Positions 56,835 to 64,000 of a DNA stretch of 64,000 nt are shown here, piece after piece (position 1 is the first letter of the stretch; each line of letters opens with the position of its first letter). Both the position numbers and the translations under genes were made by a program. Source of the stretch: an uncultured Acidimicrobiaceae bacterium (GTDB lineage Bacteria > Actinomycetota > Acidimicrobiia > Acidimicrobiales > Bog-793). The DNA lies in contig CAWKGD010000005.1 in the NCBI GenBank assembly GCA_963849105.1, positions 360,145 through 424,144 on the forward strand. The letters run 5' to 3'. The notes beneath the pieces were generated by a model. That model worked only from the letters and a program-made list of their open reading frames with translations. It had not been told where the DNA came from and made no database searches.

Positions 56835-58043
56835 CTAAGGACCGGTGGCGACTGAGTCCTTGTCAGCGGCTTCTTCGCTGGCGGGGATCCAGCGACCGGA
56901 GACCCGCGGCACGCGTGGCCCGATCCCACAGAGCACTTCGTAGGAGATCGTCCCGAGCCGCCGCGCCCACTCATCGGCGGTGATCTCCTCGTCTCCCTGG
57001 CGGCCGATGAGGACCACGCGGTCGCCGACACGGACGTCGTCGCGACCGCAGTCGACCATGAGCTGGTCCATCGTCACCGTGCCGCAGATCGGCCGCCGCT
57101 TCCCCCGGATCAGCACTTCGCCCCCCTCGGATCCGAGGCAACGGGTGACGCCGTCGGCGTACCCGAGCGGGACGACGGCGACCCGGCTGTCCTTCGGCAA
57201 CGGAATGGTGCGGCCGTAACTCACGCGTTCGCCGGCATCGAGATCCCGCACGAGGTGCACCCGCGCGGTCAAGGAGAGCACCGGTACCAAAGAATCGCGA
57301 TCGCCGACGCGGCGGACCTCGTCCTCAAGGATCGCCGCGACCTTCGCCGAGGGTGGGTACCCATACGACGCGATGCCGCAGCGGACGAGGTCGAATCGGC
57401 TGCTCGGATGGGCGATCGCCGCGGCGGAATTCGCGGCGTGCAACACGGGAGGCCTGATGCCCGCCTCGCGCAGGAGTGCAGTGACACGACCGAATCGATC
57501 GAGTTGTTCTTCCGTGAAGCCGTCGTCGGGGTCGTCGGCGACGGCGAAGTGCGTCCACAGCCCTTCGAGCCGGAGCCCCGGTGCGTCGACGACCGACTCG
57601 CAAAGCGCAAGGGCATCGGTGGGATCGGCGCCCACTCGGTGCATCCCGGTGTCGATCTTGACGTGCACCGGCACCGTGCTCTGAAGTCGGCGCGCCGCCC
57701 GATCCGCGGCGGCGATCGCGTGCGGTCGATAGAGCGACAGCATCACGCCGGCCGCTACGAGCGGTTCCATCGCGTCCTCGGACGGCTCCATGAAGATGAG
57801 GATCGGCGCATCGATTCCCGCTTCGCGGAGGGCGACCGCTTCCTCAGCGAGCGCGACACCGACCGACTGTGCGCCGCCCAAAAGAGCCGCGCGCGCGATG
57901 TCGATGGCGCCATGGCCGTAGCCGTCGGCCTTCACGACTGTGCAGAGCTTCGCGGGCGCGACGATTCGGGCAAGTAGCGCCGCGTTGTGTTGCACGCGGC
58001 CGAGATCAACTTCCGCCCACGCCTGCCGGTATGTCGTGTTCAT
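56835..58043 (-). CDS. alr: alanine racemase
   Basis: 402 aa with the PLP lysine context [10 protein letters not shown] and a YGYP... motif. C-terminal extension of about 25 aa. Confidence 0.95.
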   Translation of the reverse strand: MNTTYRQAWAEVDLGRVQHNAALLARIVAPAKLCTVVKADGYGHGAIDIARAALLGGAQSVGVALAEEAVALREAGIDAPILIFMEPSEDAMEPLVAAGVMLSLYRPHAIAAADRAARRLQSTVPVHVKIDTGMHRVGADPTDALALCESVVDAPGLRLEGLWTHFAVADDPDDGFTEEQLDRFGRVTALLREAGIRPPVLHAANSAAAIAHPSSRFDLVRCGIASYGYPPSAKVAAILEDEVRRVGDRDSLVPVLSLTARVHLVRDLDAGERVSYGRTIPLPKDSRVAVVPLGYADGVTRCLGSEGGEVLIRGKRRPICGTVTMDQLMVDCGRDDVRVGDRVVLIGRQGDEEITADEWARRLGTISYEVLCGIGPRVPRVSGRWIPASEEAADKDSVATGP

Positions 58044-59422
58044 TCCTCCTCGGCCGCTTCGGAGTAGCTCGACAGCGTCGAAGCGATGAGCAGCGGGAGG
58101 TCCGATGCTTCCAGTCCTTCAATAAATCCGAGCGACGCGGCCAGTCCGTGAACGTGCGCGCCCAGCGCGGCGGCATAGAACGGCTCCGTCCCGCGGGCGA
58201 TGAACGCGCCGATCACCCCCGAGAGGATGTCGCCGGTCCCCGCCGTCGCGAGCCGAGGCGATCCGGACGTCGCGAACAAAACTTCGCCAGAAGGCGCGGC
58301 GACAATCGTGGTCGACCCTTTCAACAGCACGATCGCTCCGAGTTTCCGAGCGAGACCTCTCGTCGCCGCCACCCGATCGACTCCGGGAGCTTGTCCCGTG
58401 AGTCGAGCGAATTCGCCGTCGTGCGGAGTGAGGATCGTCGCCGCGTGCCGACGGCCGAGGATCTTCGCCGCGTCCGTGGCAGCACCGAAGGCGATCAAGC
58501 CGTCGGCGTCGATCACCACCGGCACGTCGACTCGCTCGACGAACTCGGCGACCTCTCGGCCGGTCGACTCTTTGCGTCCGAGTCCGGGACCGATCACGAC
58601 GGACTTGCAGCGCGCGCACCCGTCGAGAGCCGCCTGCACCCAGTTCTCGGCGGGGAGCTCGAATTCCACGGCTTCGAGCACCGGGATCGTCCCCAGCGAC
58701 CCGCCCGGCGACGCCAGTCGCACCATTCCCGCCCCTGCGCGCACTGCGGCCGAGGCGGCGAACGCCGCGGACCCGTACATCCCGGGCGAACCGGCGACGA
58801 TCCCGAGCGCGGTCTTCCACTTGTTTGCATCGCGATCACGAACGGGAAGCGACCCGATGTCGGCGGTTTCGACGAGATGGATTTGTGCCGAGCTCGCGTC
58901 GAGCCCGATCTCTTCGGTGACGACGATTCCGCTTCGCACGACGCCCTCGCCGAGAAGCAGCCCGGGTTTCAGCGCCCCAAAGGTGACCGTGAGGTCCGCG
59001 TCGACGGCGTACTCGGCCGCGGCCCCCGTGTCGGCGACGACGCCAGAGGGGATGTCGACGGCGACGACGATCGAATCTGTCGCCGGTCGAGGGGCGCGGT
59101 ACTCGCCGCGGAAGCCCGTGCCGAAAGCTGCATCGATCACGAGGTCGCATTCGGGCAGGTGCCAGGGAGCTTCGTCTGCCGGGATGACGGTGACGCGCCC
59201 GCCCCGTCGTGCGAGATGGCGCGCCGCCGTGCGCCCGTCGTCGCCGTTGTGCCCCTTTCCGGCGACGACCACGACCCGGCGCCCGTACGTGCCGCCCATC
59301 GCCGCAATCGAGAATCTCGCCACTTGGAATCCGGCTCTGGCGATCAAGGTGTCGAGACCGACCGTCGCCTGCGTCTTGCGGTCGACTTCCGCCATCTCTT
59401 CCGCGGTGAGCACTGGCTTCAC
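58040..59422 (-). CDS. nnr: bifunctional NAD(P)H-hydrate epimerase / ADP-dependent dehydratase
   Basis: 460 aa. N-terminal YjeF_N (GKGHNGDDG) and C-terminal carbohydrate-kinase domain (GPGLG, TPH.GE, GTGD.LSG). Confidence 0.93.
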   Translation of the reverse strand: MKPVLTAEEMAEVDRKTQATVGLDTLIARAGFQVARFSIAAMGGTYGRRVVVVAGKGHNGDDGRTAARHLARRGGRVTVIPADEAPWHLPECDLVIDAAFGTGFRGEYRAPRPATDSIVVAVDIPSGVVADTGAAAEYAVDADLTVTFGALKPGLLLGEGVVRSGIVVTEEIGLDASSAQIHLVETADIGSLPVRDRDANKWKTALGIVAGSPGMYGSAAFAASAAVRAGAGMVRLASPGGSLGTIPVLEAVEFELPAENWVQAALDGCARCKSVVIGPGLGRKESTGREVAEFVERVDVPVVIDADGLIAFGAATDAAKILGRRHAATILTPHDGEFARLTGQAPGVDRVAATRGLARKLGAIVLLKGSTTIVAAPSGEVLFATSGSPRLATAGTGDILSGVIGAFIARGTEPFYAAALGAHVHGLAASLGFIEGLEASDLPLLIASTLSSYSEAAEEE

Positions 59423-59446
59423 CTCAGCACCTCGCGTTCGAGGAAT

Positions 59447-59818
59447 TCACTCGGCGACGACGACCGCACCTGCGTGCGTGTCGGTGTGGGTGAGCGATAC
59501 CCGGAGTTCGGAGATGCCTAACTCGGATGCTCTCTTTGCCGCATTTCCGGAGAGCTCGAGTGACGGCGCTCCCGTCGGCGCCCGCACAATTCCGATTTCG
59601 GAGAAGCGAATCGACCCGATGCCGATTCCAAGCGCCTTCATCGTCGCTTCCTTCGCCGCGAAACGTGCCGCCAGGCCGGGAACGGGGTCGTGTCGACCCG
59701 CCATGTCCCCTCGTTCGCGCGTGGTGAACACCCGATCGGCGAGTCGCGGTCGTCGCTCGAGAACCTTTCGAAAACGATCAACGTCGACCGCGTCGATGCC
59801 GATTCCGATCACTGACAT
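59447..59818 (-). CDS. acpS: holo-[acyl-carrier-protein] synthase
   Basis: 123 aa starting IGIGIDAVDVDRF, with FAAKEA..KA and SLTH motifs. Confidence 0.92.
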   Translation of the reverse strand: MSVIGIGIDAVDVDRFRKVLERRPRLADRVFTTRERGDMAGRHDPVPGLAARFAAKEATMKALGIGIGSIRFSEIGIVRAPTGAPSLELSGNAAKRASELGISELRVSLTHTDTHAGAVVVAE

Positions 59819-59846
59819 AAAGCCCGGTTCTTCTCCGCCGGCAATC

Positions 59847-61694
59847 TCACTCGACAGTGACGACCTTCGCTAGGTTGCGGGGACGATCGACATTCCTTCC
59901 TCGCGCGCTGGCGATCTCGTAGGCAAAGGACTGTGTTGCCACCGCGGCGACAACGGGTGTAAGGAGCTCCGTCGTCGGCGGGATCGAGAGCGTTGCATCG
60001 ACGAGTCCCCTCGTCTGTTCGTCATCGTCGTCGCATATCGCGACGATCGTCGCGCCTCGGGCACGCATCTCCTCCACGTTCGCCATCACCTTTTCCCACA
60101 TTGGACTGCGTGTGGCCGCGACGACGACGACGGCGCCTGGCTCGATCAACGAAATCGGACCGTGCTTCATCTCGCCTGCCGGGTACGCCTCTGCGCGCAC
60201 GTACGCGAGTTCCTTCAGTTTCAGCGCGCCCTCCATCGCGATCGGAAGTCCTGAACGACGCCCGAGGAAGTACACGTCGTTGAAACCCGCGAACTCCCTC
60301 GCGACGTGCCGGTAGGCATCGAAGCGATCGACCGCAATCTCAACGAGATCCGGCAGCGCGTTCAACCTTTCGGCAAACTCCCTCGCCGCAGCATCGCTGA
60401 TTGTGCCTCGCGAGTGTGCGAGGTGCAGGGCCATGACTTGCAACAGCGCGAGCTGCGCCACGTGACTCTTCGTCGAAGCGACTCCTATTTCCGGACCGGC
60501 GTGGGTGTAGCAAGCGCCGTCCGACTCCCGTGTCATCACCGAATCGACGACGTTCGACACTGTGATGACGGCAGAACCACGAGAGCGCGCCTCGCGGATC
60601 GCGTGCAGCGAGTCGACGGTTTCCCCCGACTGGCTGATCGCGATCACGAGCGTCTCGGAACCGACGCTCGAGTTCCGATACCGGAACTCGCTCGAGATGT
60701 CGGCGTCGGCGTGGATGTTCGCCAGCGCCTCAATCGATTGTCGACCAGCAAGCGCCGCGTGATAGCTCGAGCCGCAGCCGAGGAGGAGGACGCGTGAGTA
60801 CGTCGCGAGTTGCGATGGTGTGATCGAAAGCTCCTCGATTTCGGTCGACCCGTCAGTCGAGACGCGTCCGAGCAGCGTCTGTTCGACGGCTGCGGGCTGC
60901 TCGTGAATCTCCTTCGACATGAAGTCGGGGAAACCCTCTCGACGAGCGTCCTCCACCGACCACCTCACCTCGAGCGGTCGCAACGTGATCTTGTTGCCTG
61001 CCAAGTCGATCGCATCGACGCGGCCAGGGGCGACTTCGGCGATCTGGTCGTCATCGAGCACAAAGAGTTGCCGGGTTGTCTCGAGCAGCGCAGAGATGTC
61101 GGAGGCGACGAGCCCGAGACCTTCAGTCAGTCCGACGATCAACGGAGAAGTCCGCCGGGCCGCGACGATCGTGTCGGGCTCACCGAGCGCGACCACGGCG
61201 ATCGCGAAGTCGCCGTGCAGCAGGGCGACGGTGTTACGTACCGCCTCTACAAGCCGCGAGCCCTTTTTGAGTCCTGATTCGATCAGGTGCGCGATGACCT
61301 CGGTGTCCGTCTCGGATCGAAATCGGTGACCGCTCTGCACCAGCTCCGACGCGAGCTGGCGGTGGTTTTCGATGATGCCGTTGTGGACAACGGCGACTGA
61401 GACGTCGCAGTCGACTTGCGGGTGCGCATTCATCTCGACCGGGGCGCCGTGCGTCGCCCACCTCGTGTGGCCGATCCCGGCCGATGACGTCTGCGGGGCA
61501 CTCGAAACCTTCGCCACGAGCTTTTCCACCGATCGCGTCTGCTCGGCGGACCTCTCGACGTAGAGCTCACCGGCGGCCATGTCGACGAGGGCGACACCAG
61601 CCGAGTCGTAGCCGCGATACTCGAGCGCCTCGAGTCCCTTCAGTAGCAGCGCAAGCGGGTCTTGCGACCCCGTGACGCCGATGATGCCGCACAT
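59847..61694 (-). CDS. glmS: glutamine--fructose-6-phosphate aminotransferase (isomerising)
   Basis: The internal ATG at 61694 gives MCGIIG (Ntn Cys2) and 615 aa. Two SIS domains and the C-terminal ...NLAKVVTVE. Confidence 0.97.
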   Translation of the reverse strand: MCGIIGVTGSQDPLALLLKGLEALEYRGYDSAGVALVDMAAGELYVERSAEQTRSVEKLVAKVSSAPQTSSAGIGHTRWATHGAPVEMNAHPQVDCDVSVAVVHNGIIENHRQLASELVQSGHRFRSETDTEVIAHLIESGLKKGSRLVEAVRNTVALLHGDFAIAVVALGEPDTIVAARRTSPLIVGLTEGLGLVASDISALLETTRQLFVLDDDQIAEVAPGRVDAIDLAGNKITLRPLEVRWSVEDARREGFPDFMSKEIHEQPAAVEQTLLGRVSTDGSTEIEELSITPSQLATYSRVLLLGCGSSYHAALAGRQSIEALANIHADADISSEFRYRNSSVGSETLVIAISQSGETVDSLHAIREARSRGSAVITVSNVVDSVMTRESDGACYTHAGPEIGVASTKSHVAQLALLQVMALHLAHSRGTISDAAAREFAERLNALPDLVEIAVDRFDAYRHVAREFAGFNDVYFLGRRSGLPIAMEGALKLKELAYVRAEAYPAGEMKHGPISLIEPGAVVVVAATRSPMWEKVMANVEEMRARGATIVAICDDDDEQTRGLVDATLSIPPTTELLTPVVAAVATQSFAYEIASARGRNVDRPRNLAKVVTVE

Positions 61695-61831
61695 GAGCCC
61701 CCAGGCTACGGGCGCAAGCGCCCTTCCTGCGTGCCGTACCAAATCTGGCTCGCATTCGAGGGCGAAATGGCGACTCTGGTCGCAAATCGAACAGAAGTCG
61801 CGACCGCCTTCGTGCCCGGTCAATCAGGCGT

Positions 61832-61865
61832 TCGAACGTCGCAACCCGGGAGCGGGGACGTTCGA
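61832..61865. promoter_or_regulatory. 9-bp perfect inverted repeat TCGAACGTC-N16-GACGTTCGA in the glmS / peptidase divergent region
   Basis: Read directly from the sequence. The left arm is itself part of the palindrome CGTTCGAACG, and the spacer contains CCCGGG. It could be an operator pair or a leader hairpin. Confidence 0.3.
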
Positions 61866-61950
61866 GACCCCGTAGGCTTGAATCGCGGTACGAACTTACG
61901 TCTGTAAATACGCGTCGACGTCTACTTAGTCGAGAATCCAATTTTCATCG

Positions 61951-63756
61951 ATGAGCGAAGCGTTTCTAACGAGGGGGGCAATGCGCGCCTGGGCGGTCGT
62001 GATGATCGTCGCGGGCGCCGGCCTTTTTTTCACGCCCGATCTCGGCTCCACCGCGTCTGGTGTTGCGACTGCGCCTCGGGTAATAGACACGCATCAAATC
62101 GTGGGATTTGCGACTGCCGTTCGACCGCGCAAGGCGGTGCGCATTTTGCGATTCACGGCTGAACCGAACGCCCTCACTTCTGCCGGTGGCGAGGTAGCCC
62201 TCGTCGTTGAAGTCGATGGAACCGGCACATGTCACTTCAATTCGAATCGTCCGCGATTTGCGCAAAGTCGATCGTGCTCAGCCGGGATTCGACGAGTCTC
62301 GGTACATGTTCCCGCCAATTCGACGACTTCGGTCCAGCAATTCAAGTTCTTTGTTGTCGCGTACAGCAGAGCGGGGAGCAAAGAACGCAGATCGGTCTCC
62401 GTCGTAGAACAGGGCCTCGCAGTTTCGCCCATCGGATCGATTCCTAGTGGATCGTCAAGTGGGACGACGTCGGGATCTTCCTCCGTCGGGACGTCGTCGG
62501 GCTCGTCTGGTACTGGATCGTCTTCAACTGCGCCAACAATCACACAACAGCCGTTATCACAATCGGTGCAGAGCGGTTCGATAGCCACCTTCCAAGCGGC
62601 AGCGTCCGGATCACCGACCCCATCGGTGCAGTGGGCAGTCTCGACCGATGCCGGCGCCACATGGACTGCGATCGGAGGCGCGACGTCGACCTCATACTCA
62701 TTCACCACGTCGCCCGTCCAATCCGGGAATGAATACGAGGCAGTCTTCACCAACATCGCCGGGTCGGCGTCGACGAGCTCCGCAGTATTGACCGTCGGTT
62801 CGGCGCCGACGATCACCTCTTCTCCGACCAACGAAACGACGCAACAAGGTTCCACTGCAATGTTCGAGGCGCAGGCGACGGGAAATCCGTCACCCTCGAT
62901 CCAGTGGATGCTCTCCACGGGCGGAGGTTCGTTCAACCCGGTTGAAGGGGCAACGTCTTCGTGCTATTCGTTCGAGGCTTCGAGTGCGGCGAACAATGAC
63001 GAGATCGAAGCCGTCTTCACCAACACGTACGGCTCCGTTACGTCCAGCCCTGCGACGTTGACGGTAGCGAGCTCGATCGGTTGGCTCTCGAGTAACTGGT
63101 CCGGGTTCGCAGACATCGACCCATGCGCAAAGTTCACCTCTGTCAGCGCCGAGTGGTCTGTACCGACGGTCTCGTGTCTGTCTGGGAGCCAGTATTCGTC
63201 TGCCTGGGTCGGCATCGACGGGTTTTCGGATTCATCAACGGTCGAACAGGACGGAACTGAATCGGATTGCAGCGGTGACAAGTCATCGTATTACGCCTGG
63301 TACGAGATGTACGGCGATTCAGCCGTGGACAACGGCTATGAGGTCGAGCTGAATCCCGCCGACTATCCGGTGCAGCCGGGTGATGTCATCGCGGCCTCAG
63401 TTCAGGAATCGAGCGATGCGTGGACACTCTCGTTGCACGACTCAACGGAGGCGTGGAGTTATGCGACGACGATCGACTTCGACGGAGGCTCACAATCATC
63501 AGCTGAATGGGTCCTCGAGCGTCCGGAGATTTGCAGCTCGTCCTGCGCGTTTCCTCAGCTTGCCGACTTCGGGTCTGTCACCTTTGCAAACGCCCTGGCG
63601 ACAGCCAACAGCGGTTCTGAGTCGCCGATCACTGCGTTCAGCTCAACTGGTATCGAGATGCTGAACGACGCGGGCACTTCATTGCTCGACGAAGTCGACG
63701 ATCCCTACTCGTTGGGAGAAAGCTTCGACGTGACATGGCGAGCCTTCGGGCCGTAA
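61951..63756 (+). CDS. secreted/anchored multidomain protein: N-terminal TM or signal, beta domain, Ser/Gly linker, two Ig-like repeats, C-terminal peptidase G1 (eqolisin, glutamic peptidase) domain
   Basis: The C-terminal roughly 225 aa align by eye with scytalidoglutamic peptidase: NWSG, WSVP, SSAWVGIDG, VEQDG (catalytic Gln), YYAWYEMY, SAEWVLE (catalytic Glu), LADFGSVTF. Confidence 0.85.
   Translation: MSEAFLTRGAMRAWAVVMIVAGAGLFFTPDLGSTASGVATAPRVIDTHQIVGFATAVRPRKAVRILRFTAEPNALTSAGGEVALVVEVDGTGTCHFNSNRPRFAQSRSCSAGIRRVSVHVPANSTTSVQQFKFFVVAYSRAGSKERRSVSVVEQGLAVSPIGSIPSGSSSGTTSGSSSVGTSSGSSGTGSSSTAPTITQQPLSQSVQSGSIATFQAAASGSPTPSVQWAVSTDAGATWTAIGGATSTSYSFTTSPVQSGNEYEAVFTNIAGSASTSSAVLTVGSAPTITSSPTNETTQQGSTAMFEAQATGNPSPSIQWMLSTGGGSFNPVEGATSSCYSFEASSAANNDEIEAVFTNTYGSVTSSPATLTVASSIGWLSSNWSGFADIDPCAKFTSVSAEWSVPTVSCLSGSQYSSAWVGIDGFSDSSTVEQDGTESDCSGDKSSYYAWYEMYGDSAVDNGYEVELNPADYPVQPGDVIAASVQESSDAWTLSLHDSTEAWSYATTIDFDGGSQSSAEWVLERPEICSSSCAFPQLADFGSVTFANALATANSGSESPITAFSSTGIEMLNDAGTSLLDEVDDPYSLGESFDVTWRAFGP
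62530..63066 (+). repeat. tandem protein-level repeat: two Ig-like modules of about 88 aa inside the peptidase gene
   Basis: APTITQQP..FQAAASGSPTPSVQWAVS..YEAVFTNIAGSASTSSAVLTV versus APTITSSP..FEAQATGNPSPSIQWMLS..IEAVFTNTYGSVTSSPATLTV. Confidence 0.6.
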
Positions 63757-63765
63757 GGGTCGGTC

Positions 63766-64000
63766 CTAGAGGCTGACTCGCCCTAGATCCCGTTCTACGG
63801 CCTCGACGATCGCGGTCAGAGCCTGATCAACCATCGCCGCGTCATCGGCTTCGACCATGACTCGCACCGCCGATTCGGTTCCGCTCGGACGAATGACGAC
63901 CCGCCCAGAGTGGCCGAGCTGGGCTTCGACCTCCGCGACCACCTCCCATACGCCCGCGGCCGACTCCAGACGGTCCGGGGACATGACCTTCACGTTGCGC
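63766..64000 (-). CDS. glmM: phosphoglucosamine mutase, C-terminal part (gene runs off the window)
   Basis: GRVVIRPSGTESAVRVMVEA is the conserved C-terminal domain-4 motif of GlmM. The reading frame stays open to position 64000. Confidence 0.85.
   Translation of the reverse strand, partial: RNVKVMSPDRLESAAGVWEVVAEVEAQLGHSGRVVIRPSGTESAVRVMVEADDAAMVDQALTAIVEAVERDLGRVSL

Noticed and set aside
61829-61870. tRNA-like GTTCGA motifs (two copies)
   Set aside because: No acceptor, D or anticodon arms can be drawn around them. The 5-bp GGGG(A)/CCCC stem would enclose a 10-nt loop rather than the 7-nt T-loop. I interpret them as arms of an inverted repeat instead.
61695-61950. Possible glmS ribozyme in the glmS leader
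   Set aside because: I read the minus-strand leader and could not find the conserved core elements of the ribozyme, such as the GACGAGG and CGGCGGAUGCC-like blocks or the AGCGCC cleavage-site context. Only generic GC hairpins are present. A cmsearch run would settle it.

Overview
This is a visibly high-GC, almost gap-free coding segment of an Actinomycetota-type chromosome. Supporting signs are WhiB regulators, DinB/mycothiol-family enzymes, GuaB3, frequent GTG/TTG starts and many 1-4 nt gene overlaps. I call 58 CDS, one of them cut by the window end. I saw no rRNA, tRNA, CRISPR array, transposase or integrase. Most genes are core metabolism, laid out in two gene orders known from Mycobacterium: (i) pcrA-sucCD-purNH(-folD), and (ii) guaA ... 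guaB3 ... groEL-groES ... tsaD-rimI-tsaB-tsaE-alr-nnr-acpS-glmS ... glmM. There is also a TCA/one-carbon set: Sdh1-type sdhCAB, mdh, icd, metF and a formimidoyltransferase. Three accessory insertions interrupt block (ii). The most interesting is about 10 kb between groES and tsaD (43.1-53.4 kb). It holds a tightly packed four-gene operon with 1-4 nt junctions: unknown-domain/cNMP-binding protein, then receiver-HTH-class III nucleotide cyclase, then a permease-less ABC ATPase, then a roughly 10-TM GAF histidine kinase. Facing it are a receiver-only protein, a LuxR-type response regulator and an MBL-fold hydrolase that could be the matching phosphodiesterase. Other points worth a second look: a secreted bacterial eqolisin (G1 glutamic peptidase) fused to two Ig-like repeats between glmS and glmM; an orphan double-FtsX permease 13 kb from the orphan ATPase; an SDH operon extended by SCP2 and ABM genes; guaB3 translationally coupled to a 904-aa polytopic membrane protein; and tandem CIRCE operators upstream of groES. 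All functional calls rest on by-eye motif and homology recognition from the supplied translations. No database search was run.
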